From NCBI GenBank assembly GCA_964016885.1, contig OZ024757.1:41416001-41480000 (forward strand): a DNA stretch of 64,000 nt, in the 5' to 3' direction. The translations under genes and the position numbers were made by a program. The notes below the pieces were generated by a model. It worked only from the letters and a program-made list of their open reading frames with translations, was not told the origin of the DNA and did not search any database. This DNA is from Eledone cirrhosa. Its lineage: Eukaryota. Shown here piece by piece: positions 26,934 to 39,620 of this stretch (its first letter is position 1; every line of letters starts with the position of its first letter).

Positions 26934-27659
26934 AATTAATATATCTACCAACATATGTATACAGATGCATACCTATGCTAGCAAATATATATGTTTTGTC
27001 TTAGTAACTTTGTGGTTCAATGCAAGGGGATGCAGAACAATTATATGAAACACGTAAATAAGAAAATTATGAAAATTAACTTACTTACTAAAATTTCACT
27101 CCAACTAATTAGTTTCTGTAAGGGAATAAATATGGTTACGTAACGCACCCATAGAGAATCCTTACGTCATCAGGGAGTCTATTCTCAGCTAAGCTCCCAG
27201 GCAATGCGTGGACACAGGGAACTTATATAAAAATAATACAGTGGATGGAAAAAAGCGAGCGGGGACTAAATTCCAGGACATTGAAAAAATTCACTGCCTA
27301 CTAGGTCAGTGGCAAATTCAAAAGAATCAATCACGTGACACTGAGGTTAATCAGTGAGGAGTGGAGTGCTAATAAAACAAGAACCTAACTACTACCATGA
27401 ACCATAGTAGTAATTTCGGCAAGTTTTGCTCAACAAATAATTTGGAGCTAAATATAAAGAATTAGTATATCTACCAACATATATATACAGATGCATACCT
27501 ATGCTAGCAAATATATATGTTTTGTCTTAGTAACTTTGTGGTTCTATGCAAGGGGATGCAGAACAATTATATGAAAGACGTAAATAAGAAAATTATGAAA
27601 ATTAACTTACTAAAATTTTAGTAAGTTAATTTTCATAATTTTCTTATTTACGTCTTTCA
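26931..27659 (-). mobile_element. Retrozyme-like / non-autonomous Penelope-type element with ~165-bp terminal direct repeats
   Basis: Direct repeats at 26931-27096 and 27457-27618 (offset ~522-526 bp), HHR at 27098-27178, perfect 44-bp-arm palindrome at 27572-27659, TA repeats on both sides. Confidence 0.7.
27098..27178 (-). ncRNA. Type I hammerhead ribozyme inside a terminally redundant element
   Basis: Minus strand reads ACTCC-CTGATGA-CGTAAGG...CCTTACA-GAAA-CTAATTAG-TT-GGAGT. Stem I 5 bp, stem II 6 bp after a C.A mismatch, palindromic stem III ACTAATTAGT, GUU triplet. Confidence 0.8.
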
Positions 27660-28584
27660 CATATATATATATACATACATATAGAGAGAGAGGGAGATTC
27701 CTGTATGTATATACACATATATATCCATACACGCAAACACATATACACTCATGCAATAAAATTAACATCTCATACACACACACAGACAAGAAATGAAATA
27801 CATGCACGCACACACACAGACCCACACATATACACACATATACACACATACACACACACATACACATACACACACACATACTTATACACACATACTTATA
27901 CACACATACACACACACACACGCATACACACACATACACACACATACTTACACACATACTTACACACACATACACACACATACACACACACACATACGCA
28001 CACATACTTACACACAATGCTGCTTGGTTGGCTAAAGCAAAGCAACTGTATTTATTGAGCGAGAAAATATATTTGACAAGTAACAATGTGAAGAGGAATG
28101 GTGACCAGTTGATTGAAGATGGATGTCTTATGGTAACTATTAAATCCAGGTATAAATGAGATAAAAGGAGCTTAAACGAGAAGATTAATAATCATTTCTT
28201 AATTAGGCATGAAGTTGTAGCCAACTAGAGTTAAGTGTCTTGGCAAGACTCGTCAATATACAATGCTTAGAGCAGAATATAATCTTGAAGATCTACAGAA
28301 GTTCTCGTGAAATTTAATCACTTTCTACTTGATCTTTATATCATGGTAATTGTTTCGGCTACATGAAGTATCGTTGAGAATCTTCCAGAGTCTGCAGTAG
28401 ATAATGAAAAGAAAGGACAAAATTGAAAGAATGAGCCCCTTTTTTAAGTGGTTGTTGAAAGTAAATAGTATCCCAAATTTGCCCCTCAAATTATACCCTA
28501 CCATTTAAAATACGGAAAGGGTGATATTGGATGTTGTAGCCCTAAATTATCATCATCATCATCATCATCATCAACATTGTTTAA

Positions 28585-28793
28585 CCCTTTAACATTTAAC
28601 ATTTACTCTATATATACAATTATATGTTTATGGTAAAGGTTTTACCTCACATAATAGCGAATCTATGAGATTTTAATATTTCTTTTTAAAACAATACCTT
28701 AACATCAGTATGAGTGACCAGTTACAGCTGGTTTGAACAGAAAAAAAGTGAATTAATTTTGGGCCGGATACAGCTGGTTTAGATGCTAAAGGG
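28585..28793. mobile_element. piggyBac-type MITE
   Basis: TTAA on both sides (28581-28584, 28794-28797), termini CCCTTTAACATTT / AGATGCTAAAGGG. Related copies at 500-970, 1266-1530, 10785-10985, 22290-22440 and 57515-57680. Confidence 0.75.
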
Positions 28794-28939
28794 TTAACAT
28801 CTATTTTTGCATGCTAGCATAGGTTAGATGAGTTGTCTTGTTGTGAGAAATGCCACATCAGGTGACCATGTCTTGCTCATACAAAACTATTTCTGGCTTG
28901 GTTTCTACAGCTGGATGTCCTCTCTAATGCCAACCACAT

Positions 28940-29385
28940 TTACAGTGAGTACTGGGTGCTTTTCTGTCATGACACCTACATGACCACTTGACAGTGTGGG
29001 CTGGGTGCTTTTTGTCATGACACCTACATGACCAATTGACAGTGTGGGCTGGGTGCTTTTTCTCATGACACCTACATGACCACTTGACAGTGTGGGCTGG
29101 GTGCTTTTTGTCATGACACCTACATGACCACTTGACAGTGTGGGCTGGGTGCTTTTTCTCATGACACCTACATGACCACTTGACAGTGTGGGCTGGGTGC
29201 TTTCTGTCATGACACCTACATGACCACTTGACAGTGTGGGCTGGGTGCTTTTCTGTCATGACACCTACATGACCACTTGACAGTGTGGGCTGGGTGCTTT
29301 TTCTCATGACACCTACATGACCAATTGACAGTGTGGGCTGGGTGCTTTTTGTCATGACACCTATACAACCACTTTACAGAGTGGG

Positions 29386-29388
<3 letters not shown>
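28940..29388. repeat. 48-bp minisatellite from the same SINE segment
   Basis: Unit ACAGTGTGGGCTGGGTGCTTTTTGTCATGACACCTACATGACCACTTG, about 9 homogeneous copies, continuous with the SINE tail at 28795-28940. Confidence 0.9.
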
Positions 29389-29428
<40 letters not shown>

Positions 29429-30224
29429 TAAGATGGTAATATGGATGAAGCAAGAGAAAAAAGCCTTATTCAGCTGTTAACTGCAGATCATAGATGTTTC
29501 GGTGCTTAAAACAGGACATCGAAAGCGATCAGCAGCGCGCCCAGGGCCTTTTATTAATCAAACAGCGCGCCCAAGGCCTTTTATCAATCAAACAGCGCGC
29601 CCAAGGCCTTTTATCAATCAAAAAGCCTTGAGGGAAAGAAAAAATTAGTGAGGAGAGAGGAAGAAAAATGAAGTAAACTAACCGAATGAAGGGGGGACAG
29701 AGGACAATGGAACATGCAAGTGAGTAACTGAGGAGAAAATATGGTGTCCCATAAACATTTTTAACCACTAACTATATACAACAGTGAGGTACATCTTGCT
29801 AAAGGACATAATGCATGGCCCAACCTTGGAATCAAACTCACAACCTCACAATATTAGTTCTCTAACCACTAAGCCATTCTACAGTAATATAATGAACCAG
29901 AAAAATGTTCTTAGCTGTTTGATTACTAATCAATTGTCTTTAAGTAATTTTACAAAGTGCCATCTTGTGTAATTAGAATTTCTGTGAGTTGAAGCTGGCT
30001 TCTGATGTTAATAAGAAGTAGGAATCAGAAATTTAAAGTTATAAATCTTCTTAGAATCCACTAATGTATTATAGTTAATAGGTTTCTCCCCTTAAACATC
30101 AAATATGACAGCATGTACACTTTCATTTCTTCATATCTACACTATAACTTTCTAGCAAGCATATTGTTGTATTTCTATATATACATACATATACATACAT
30201 ACACATATATATATATATAACAAA

Positions 30225-30426
30225 ATTTAATATAGAAATGGTTTCTACAGGAATAGAACTGTTTCATTCGAAGGAAATCATCCGGGCTTTCCTGATAATT
30301 TCCTTTGAATGAAACAGTTCTAGTCCTGTAGAAGCCATTTCTATATTAAATATTGTTGTAAACCCTCTACTAATGTATTGAGTACATTACATACTGTGGT
30401 TACCCACAATTGAACCGGGGACTTAC
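30225..30426 (+). mobile_element. Family B palindromic-head element
   Basis: Hairpin 30225-30351 with the same arms, axis and tail as 37103-37292. Confidence 0.7.
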
Positions 30427-30479
30427 ATATATCTATCTATCTAGGGCGGGTAAAATTCCTGAGATCCATGGACGAGTTC

Positions 30480-30728
30480 TCTCCAGTGGTCTCTGTCCCT
30501 CATTATCGCTGCCATGTCCTGCGTCTCCAAGAGACCAGTGTCTGTCCCTCATTATCGCTGCCATGTCCTGCGTCTCCAAGAGACCAGTGTCTGTCCTTAG
30601 GGCATCAACATATGTTAACCTAGGTCTTCCTTTTCCAGTGTGTCCATGCAGGGTCTCCCACAGGAGCACTGAGTGCAGTGTCAACTCTGGATGTCGGTGA
30701 GCATGTCCAGCTAACCTCAGTCTCCTCT
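30480..30728 (-). mobile_element. RTE LINE 3' fragment, different subfamily
   Basis: Translation RRLRLAGHAHRHPE..VLLWE..HG..KGRPRLTYVDALRTDTGL, with an internal 48-bp duplication. Confidence 0.8.
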
Positions 30729-31377
30729 ACATATATATATATCATTTAATGTCCATTTTCCACACTAGCATAGGTTAGACGCTGTTGGATCTAGCTGTCA
30801 AAACGACTGGAGCTCAGCCGTCGGGGTCCTGAATTTTTTCATAATATATATGAAAGCTCACGGTGGTGATGATGAAGGACTGTGATAAGTGGAGAGATGC
30901 TGTGCTGAATAGGACCTGTCCCACCCTTGCAAGCAGGGAAAAGCAGATGTGAAATGATGATGATGATATATATATGATGATGATGATGGCTGCAACTTGA
31001 TTTTGAGTAATGCCATCGCTTGATACTTAAGCATGAGCATCACGGATGTGGCTTTTTAGTCCTGCTAGGGACTTGCCTGTGGCCAGCAATACCATACATC
31101 ATGAAAAATGTCACATATCAAGCGATGCCTGTGCTTAAAACATTTTTATGTGATGAAAGGCTTTACATGAGGGCAACCCCACTCTTTGAACATCCAATAC
31201 ATTTGCCCAAATAGAACATCAAAGTTGCAGGTTTTATATACATATATACATACACACATATATATATATATACACACACACGTGTGTGTGTGTAAAAAGC
31301 AGACGTAAAATGATGATGATGATATATATACACATATTTATATATACACATATTTATATATATACATATTTATATAT

Positions 31378-31734
31378 ACACAGTTCCTATGACTTTCGGA
31401 AACATTTTTTCGCGCTCAGAGTTGCTGAAGCATGGAACAAACTACCTGCATCAGTTGTTAGCTGTCGAGACACTGCATCCTTCAAAACCTCCATGGAACA
31501 AACTACCTGCATCAGTTGTTAGCTGTCGAGACACTGCATCCTTCAAAACCTCCATGGAACAAACTACCTGCATCAGTTGTTAGCTGTCGAGACACTGCAT
31601 CCTTCAAAACCTCCATGCTTCCCGAGATTCCAACACTACACCTAATGTTCCCCCTCCATACACATATCATAACTCATACACTATTCACTTACCTGACATT
31701 TGTAGTGCACCTGAGCACTTTACACAATAATTTC

Positions 31735-31740
<6 letters not shown>
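31378..31740 (+). mobile_element. CR1/L2-type LINE 3' end with a 61-bp triplication
   Basis: Translation [21 protein letters not shown]...SFK is typical of a CR1 ORF2 C-terminus. The 3' UTR recurs at 4085-4255 (-) and 57343-57385 (-). Confidence 0.8.
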
Positions 31741-31783
<43 letters not shown>

Positions 31784-31933
31784 GTATACACACATACATA
31801 TGTATACACACACACATATATATACACATACATACATACATACATACATACATACATACGTACATATACGTACATATACATATATATATATATATATATA
31901 TACGTACATATACATATATATATATATATATAC

Positions 31934-31964
<31 letters not shown>

Positions 31965-31976
31965 CGTACATATACA

Positions 31977-32012
<36 letters not shown>

Positions 32013-32023
32013 CGTACATATAC

Positions 32024-32054
<31 letters not shown>

Positions 32055-32107
32055 CGTACATATACATATATATATTTATATATATACATATATATATATA
32101 TATATAC

Positions 32108-32147
<40 letters not shown>

Positions 32148-32799
32148 TTCCAATGCCCTATTGCACTATTTAGTGAAATGAAAAGCTATTAAAATCAACA
32201 AGCTCTCTAGAAATGTGTTAAGTCATAAGTTGGAAACATTCCCCCCATGGTCATTTAGAAATAAGCTTCTTTCCCAAAATGTTTATTGTCTGATAAATTT
32301 CTCTTCCGCATTTAAACAGCATAATTGCGTTTTTCGATTGTCGATATATTGTTGTTCTTGTTGCTGCTGCTGCTGCTGTTCTTGGTGGTGGTGGGGAGGG
32401 GGGCGGGATGTTGAAGGTGATTTTGGTGATTGTGATAATGATGGTATAGGTGGTGGTGTTGGTGATGGTGGTAGTAATGTTGCTGTTGGTGTTGTTGTTG
32501 TTGTTAATGGAGATAGTAAAGTGCTGCAGCTAATGATGATGATAATGATGGTTTAATGAGAGTGAAGGTGATATTGATGGTAGTCATGGTCACAGTGTTG
32601 ATGAAAATGATGGTTTAATGGTTGATTGACAATTTATTGGCAGTGACTTCTTCTTCTTCTTCTTGTTCGGGTCCTGTCAGAAGCAACCATTCGCTGCTGG
32701 ATCCCCAAGCATGACCAGTCAAGATCATGGATGTTATCCAACCATCTTTCTCAGTCTATCATTGTGTCACCTGTTAGTTTGTTTTACCTGTAAAATCTG

Positions 32800-33870
32800 T
32801 CCAGCAATTCTTTCCTCAGACATTCTAACCACATATCTGTAGTATCAGAGCTGTGATCTGTCAATCCAGCAATTCTTTCCTCAGACATTCTAACCACATA
32901 TCTGTAGTATCAGAGCTGTGATCTGTTAATCCAGCAATTCTTTCCTCAGACATTCTAACCACATATCTGTAGTATCAGAGTTGTGATCTGTTAATCCAGC
33001 AATTCTTTCCTCAGACATTCTAACCACATATCTGTAGTATCAGCGCTGTGATCTGTTAATCCAGCAATTCTTTCCCCAGACATTCTAACCACATATCTGT
33101 AGTATCAGAGCTGTGATCTGTCAATCCAGCAATTCTTTCCTCAGATTCTAACCACATATCTGTAGTATCAGAGCTGTGATCTGTTAATCCAGCAATTCTT
33201 TCCTCAGACATTCTAACCACATATCTGTAGTATCAGAGTTGTGATCTGTTAATCCAGCAATTCTTTCCTCAGACATTCTAACCACATATCTGTAGTATCA
33301 GCGCTGTGATCTGTTAATCCAGCAATTCTTTCCCCAGATATTCTAACCACATATCTGTAGTATCAGAGCTGTGATCTGTCAATCCAGCAATTCTTTCCTC
33401 AGATTCTAACCACATATCTGTAGTATCAGAGCTGTGATCTGTTAATCCAGCAATTCTTTCCTCAGACATTCTAACCACATATCTGTAGTATCAGAGCTGT
33501 GATCTGTTAATCCAGCAATTCTTTCCTCAGACATTCTAACCACATATCTGTAGTATCAGAGCTGTGATCTGTTAATCCAGCAATTCTTTCCTCAGATATT
33601 CTAACCACATATCTGTAGTATCAGAGCTGTGATCTGTTAATCCAGCAATTCTTTCCTCAGACATTCTAACCAAATATCTGTAGTATCAGAGGTGTGATCC
33701 CTCAATTCAGAGAAGTAGCAACTCTACCTGGAATGACTCTTTGATCTCCAAGCTACACATTCTTTCCTCAGACATTCTAACCACATGTCCATAGTATCAG
33801 AGCTGTGATCTCTCAATTCAAAGAAGTAGCAGCTCTACCTGGAGTGACTCTCTGATCTCTTAGCTATGCA
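32800..33870 (-). repeat. 65-bp minisatellite (~14 units) derived from an RTE coding segment
   Basis: Unit TCCAGCAATTCTTTCCTCAGACATTCTAACCACATATCTGTAGTATCAGAGCTGTGATCTGTTAA translates on minus to RSQL*YYRYVVRMSEERIA (RTE RQLRWYGHVxRM motif). An RTE-like 3' end lies at 32648-32800. Confidence 0.9.
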
Positions 33871-34527
33871 TTTTATCAAGTAACATTACTCCAAAGACTC
33901 TTCAGAGGAACCCCATTTTGGCCGCTTTTATTTGCAATCATTTGTGTGTTTGTGTGTGAGAGAGAGAGTGTGTGTGTGAGTATGTGTATGTGTGAGAGTG
34001 TTTGTGTGTGTATGTGTAAGAGAAAGTAAGTGAAGGTGTGCGTGTGTGTATGAGTAAGAGAGAGAGAGTGTGTGTGTGAGTATGTGTATGAGAGAGAGAA
34101 TGAAGGTGTGTATGTGTGTGTAAGAGAGAGTAAGTGAGGATGTAGGTGTGTGTGTGTGTGTGTGTATATATATGAGAGAGTGAGTGAAGGTGTGTGTATG
34201 CGAGAGAGTGAAGGTGGTTATGTGTATGAGTAAGAAAGAGAGAGTATGTGAGAGAGAGACTGAAGGTGTGTATGTGTATGAGAGAGAGAGAGAGAGTTTT
34301 ACATGTGTGTGTTCAAATCCCAGGAGAGTTGACATTATTTTCTGGTCATCTACAACAGCTAGATTGATGGACATCTATTAAACTAATCCCCACCACCACC
34401 ACCACTGCTGCTGTTGCTACATACATACCCGCACACACATACAAGCATAAACCAACACATACACAGATTGGTGTGTATGTGTTGGGCCAGTTTCAAAAAC
34501 CATTCCACATACACACACACGTGTGTG

Positions 34528-34558
<31 letters not shown>

Positions 34559-34589
34559 GTATATATATATACACACACACGTGTGTGTG

Positions 34590-34628
<39 letters not shown>

Positions 34629-34694
34629 ATAATATGCATATATATATGTATATATATACTCATGCTAGTGTGAAAGATGGACGTTAAACGATGA

Positions 34695-34744
<50 letters not shown>

Positions 34745-35269
34745 TATATATATAGTATATACACTATATATATAATATATATATATAGATAGATATATGC
34801 ACACACGCACACATATATATATATACAAATATATATAATCATACACTATATATATATATATATATATACAAATATATATATACATACACTATATATATAT
34901 ATATATATATACAAATATATATATACATACACTATATATATAATATATATACACAAATATATACACATGGTGTGTGTAAGCAGGGGAAATAAAAATGGTA
35001 GAGTGCCAGATGAAATATCTTAAGTGTTTCTGTTGTGTATTCCAAGTCGGAATCCCATCAGAACGGACATTCGGACTTTCTCTTTTATCTGTTTAGGGGT
35101 TAATGAAATATCGGCCAGCCTTGTAATGGAATCAATTCTACAGAGCTAAAGCCATCTCTTCTGCTGCTAAAATATATGGCCGCTTGCCAAATGTAAAGAA
35201 TCTCTTGTTCCGCTTTTTGGTGTGAGTGGTTTCAGTGCAGTGGTTGTATATACATAGGTGTGTGTGTGC

Positions 35270-35308
<39 letters not shown>

Positions 35309-35322
35309 CGTGTGTGTGTGTG

Positions 35323-35353
<31 letters not shown>

Positions 35354-35762
35354 TTGTGTGTGTGCGTATATATATATATATATATATATATGCGTGTGTG
35401 TGTGTGTATATATATATATGTGTGTGTAATACACACACACACACATACACACACACACATATATATAATGTGTGTGTATATGTATATATATATATATTTA
35501 TGTGTGTGTATATATATATATATATATATTTATGTGTATGTATTTATATATATGTATTTATATGTATAATATATATATAATGTACATATGTATATATATC
35601 TATGTATACATATGTATATATATATGTATACATATGTATATATATATGTATGTATATGTATGGTATGTATGTCTATTTGTATATACATGCAGGTGTATAT
35701 AATCGACCAATAAGTAAGTATGTCAACATCATTTTACATTTGTTTTGCCACGCTTGCATTTA

Positions 35763-35807
<45 letters not shown>

Positions 35808-35933
35808 GAGGTTATATTTAATTTGTTGGGATTCAACACGCTTAAAAATGTTATAACTGATATAAAGCACTCAACAATTTAGTGGAGTAAATATTCAATA
35901 TATTAATAAATGGAAACTATATTTACAAAACCC

Positions 35934-35994
<61 letters not shown>

Positions 35995-37102
35995 GTACAA
36001 GGTAAACAGAAATAACAACACAATCGGTACAGTATATGGAAGGGATATACTATATATATATATATACGATATATATATATATATATATATATATAGATAT
36101 ACCTACATCTGTATATATATATATATATACCTACATCTGTATATATATATACCTACATCTGTATATATATATACCTACATCTATATATATATAGATATAC
36201 CTACATCTGTATATATATACCTACATCTATATATATATATATACAGATGTATGAGAGAGCGAGAGAGAGAAATTAGAAGAGAGAGAGAGAGGAGGGACAG
36301 AGAGAGAGAGAGGGGGGGACAGAGAGAGAGGGGGGGACAGAGAGAGAGGAGGGACAGAGAGAGAGGAGGGACAAAGAGAGAGAGGAGGGACAGAGAGAGA
36401 GAGGAGGGACAGAGAGAGAGAGGAGGGACAGAGAGAAAGAGGAGTAAGAATTATGTATGAGCAGCATTAAAGGTGAGAAGAAAGGAGGAAAAGAAAGAAG
36501 ACAGGAGAAGAAAAAGAGGAAGAGATAGAAGAGGAAGATTGAGAGGAAAATGAAGAAGAAAAGCAAGAAGACAGGTTTCTTCTTTTCCTTCTTCTAAGAT
36601 TAATTAATTAATTATAATATCTAATTAATATCACCTTTGATTTCAGCTGTTAATGAAGTTTTTAAGGTTTGATCTTCTACATATGTATATAAGATTAACA
36701 TTTTCAACTCTTAATTATCTGACTTCGTTAACTAATTATAATGAGTATTAATGAAGAAAGAGATTGGTTACTAGACTAGAAGAGAGAGGGGAGAGGATAG
36801 AGAGAAAAAAGAGAGAGAGGGAGACAGAGAGAGAGAGAAAAAAAGAGAGGAGGAAAAAGAGGCAGAGGTGAGAGAGAAAGAGGATAAAAGGGAAGGGGGG
36901 AGAAAGTGGATGAAAGAGAGAGAGAGAGAACAAGAGTGGAGGAGAGAGAGAGAGCAATAATTAATGGCACCCTGCTTTCCTATCTCACCATTTTAACATT
37001 TCAATATTTTATCATTTTACTATTTTACTAACAATAGATGAACTGTCATGAACTATATATATTATAGAGATTTTCAGATATATACATATATATGTATATA
37101 TA

Positions 37103-37292
37103 TAATATAGAAATGGCTTCCACAGGACTAGAACTATTTCATTCGGGAGAAATCATCAGGCTTCCTGATGATTTCTCCTGACTGAAACAGTTCTAGTCCT
37201 GTAGAAGCTATTTCTATATTAAATATTTATACTCTATGTATTGAGTACCTTACTTACTGTGGTTACCCCCGATTGAACCCGGGATAAACTTA
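37103..37292 (+). mobile_element. Family B palindromic-head element with HHR-like core
   Basis: Hairpin 37103-37221 whose right arm reads CTGATGA-TTTC..GACT-GAAA-CAGTTCTAG-TC, then tail TATTGAGTACCTT..CTGTGGTTACCCCCGATTGAACCCGG. Confidence 0.7.
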
Positions 37293-37339
37293 TATATATA
37301 TATTTAATTACATAATAAACAACAATGAATCATCATCAT

Positions 37340-37690
37340 CATCACATCACATCCCTACTTGCAAGGTTGGAACGGGTCCTCTTCAGCACAACATCTCTCC
37401 ATTCATCACGGTCCTTTGTCATCTTCTCCGTGACCTTCAGTGATCTAAACTCACCTCTCACCACCTCCGCCCATGTTTTTCGTGGTCTTCCTCTACTGTG
37501 TCTTCCTTCCACTGGGATTACCTGGCACTTCTTTACCCAGCGGTCATCCTCCATGCACATCACATGTCCATACCATCTCAGTCTTCTCTCCTGCACACTA
37601 CAGTTTATTCCTCTTCTACACAGTTTCTCTCTCAACTCGTCCATGTTTGGTCATTCACATACATTGACATTGTACATCCATCGGAGCATT
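37340..37690 (-). mobile_element. RTE-clade LINE 3' fragment
   Basis: ORF contains RRLRWYGHV...VEGRHSRGRPRKTW...DRDEWR, followed by a (GAT)n tail. Confidence 0.9.
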
Positions 37691-38247
37691 TTGGTGTGTT
37701 GGTGTGATGTAGTGTACTATGTGGTGGGGTGTGTTATTGTTGTTGTACAGTATGTGTTAGTGTGCCAGTGTGGTATATGTTGTTGTTCTATACAATATGT
37801 TACTGTGCCAGTATGTTAGTTATATTAAACCATCTCACATCTCACATTTCACATTTAACCATCCATTAATTACATCACAACAAGAAAAAGAAATAAAAAC
37901 AAAAAGGTGAGAGAAAACTAAAACGACGACAAAAAGAAAGAAGAGGAAAGTTGGATGTAGACGAAATAATAATGGAATCAGTGAAACCTCACAAAGGAAA
38001 ATTTCACTTTAAAACCTGTTTATTTTCAGCCGACCTCCGCTGAAATTAGAAGGTAACTACACCTGACCCTAATTTATAGGTGGTTAAGAAAGAGTTTAAT
38101 TGAAAGACTGCTTTGATGTGTAACAATATTGCCAGAGTGCATAGAGGCCAGATAAAGGTTAATAAGACAAGTGAAGCCAGCTGAATGATGGAATCTTAAC
38201 AATTGAACAATTGAATATTACCTGGCTGATTGATAATTAACTTTCAT

Positions 38248-38299
<52 letters not shown>

Positions 38300-38574
38300 T
38301 ATATAGTTCCCGTCTCACCCTTGCAAGCAGGGAAAAAGCAGACGTAAAATGAAATGAATGAAATGATAGCATCATCATCATCATCATTGATTAATGTCTA
38401 TCTTCCACACTAGCATGGGTTTGTCGCATTTAGAAGCAAGTTGTATGTCTGTAGGTATATATATGTGCTGATAAATATATATATATACACACTTATATAT
38501 ACTCATATATACATTGAATATATATATTTATATATATTTATATATACATAAATATCTCTCTCTCTCTCTATCTA

Positions 38575-38612
<38 letters not shown>

Positions 38613-38666
38613 CACTTATATATACTTATATATATATATATAAACACTTGTATATACTTATATATA

Positions 38667-38710
<44 letters not shown>

Positions 38711-38738
38711 ACTTGTATATACTTATATATATATATAT

Positions 38739-38770
<32 letters not shown>

Positions 38771-38789
38771 ATATGATATATATATATGT

Positions 38790-39060
38790 AGAGGTTATAT
38801 TTAATTTGTTGGGATTCAACAAGCTTAAAATTTTTTTAACTGATATAAAGCACTCCACAGGTTAGTGGAGTAAATAAACTATCCAGGAAGCTCCAACCGT
38901 TAAGGTTGTCTTTTTTCCGGGTATGTCAATATTTATTTATAAAACAAATCTGTATTTTATCTGATGAAAGCGCACCATAATTTGCCTTGGTTGCCCTTGA
39001 AATATGTATAATAGAATAAATATGGTTTTATAAATATAGTTTCCATTTATTAATATATTG
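38790..39060 (+). mobile_element. Family A hammerhead-bearing short element (~270 bp)
   Basis: Starts GAGGTTATATTTAATTTGTTGGGATTCAAC, carries the HHR, ends TTTCCATTTATTAATATATTG. Related pieces at 13585-13756 (-), 35808-35935, 40000-40100 and 43540-43720, all embedded in (TA)n. Confidence 0.75.
38953..39018 (+). ncRNA. Type I hammerhead ribozyme, family A copy 2
   Basis: TATTTTAT-CTGATGA-AAGCGCACCA...TGGTTGCCCTT-GAAA-TATGTA-TA-ATAGAATA. Homologous to 13621-13683. Confidence 0.85.
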
Positions 39061-39290
39061 TATATATATATATATATATATACATACATCTATATGTACA
39101 TACCTACCTATATCTAAATTTTCATTCACTAAATACAATACAAGCTAACCTGTACCTGCATGAGGATAAACCAGTGTGAGTGATACAAAAGCATTTCATG
39201 TCTAAATGTTGGTAATTAGGTGTGACAGAGTATTCATTTATTAAATTAAAAATAATTAAGCCAGGCTTATTTCACCATAATTGCTTTATT

Positions 39291-39341
39291 GCATGATATA
39301 TATTTCTGTTACATGGTTATGCATGCAACATCATCAGATAC
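39291..39341 (-). ncRNA. Type I hammerhead ribozyme (canonical core, AUC triplet)
   Basis: Minus strand reads GTAT-CTGATGA-TGTTGCATG-CATAAC-CATGTAACA-GAAA-TATATA-TC-ATGC. Stem II 9 bp, stem I 4 bp, palindromic stem III. Confidence 0.8.
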
Positions 39342-39545
39342 TTATACAATCATAGGTATAGTTAATGCAATCATGGGGCTATGTTACTGACTGGTCATGT
39401 ATTACCATCTCGTTGTGATGCCAGCAGACATATATATATATATATATATATTGCAAGGTTTTTGATATGAAATCGTGTGTCGAAACAAAGAAGAAAATAT
39501 AAATGGCGTAGACATACAATACAAAAGGAGGAAACATAATAGTAC

Positions 39546-39583
39546 CACTGATGATGTTGCAGATGCGCAACGAAAGAACTTTG
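39546..39583 (+). ncRNA. Hammerhead-like motif with weak stems I and III
   Basis: CA-CTGATGA-T-GTTGC-AGATGC-GCAAC-GAAA-GAAC-TT-TG. Core and stem II intact, stem I only 2 bp. Confidence 0.5.
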
Positions 39584-39589
39584 ACAGAC

Positions 39590-39620
<31 letters not shown>

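Noticed and set aside
27130-27380. Promoter/LTR reading from CRE-like TTACGTCA, TATA, E-box TCACGTGA and AATAAA
   Set aside because: The CRE-like word is the antisense of the HHR core/stem II, and the repeats lack TG..CA ends. The other motifs are unsupported.
32800-33700. CRISPR-like arrays (also 940-2007, 28940-29388, 63152-63592)
   Set aside because: Head-to-tail units without unique spacers, eukaryotic context, no cas genes.
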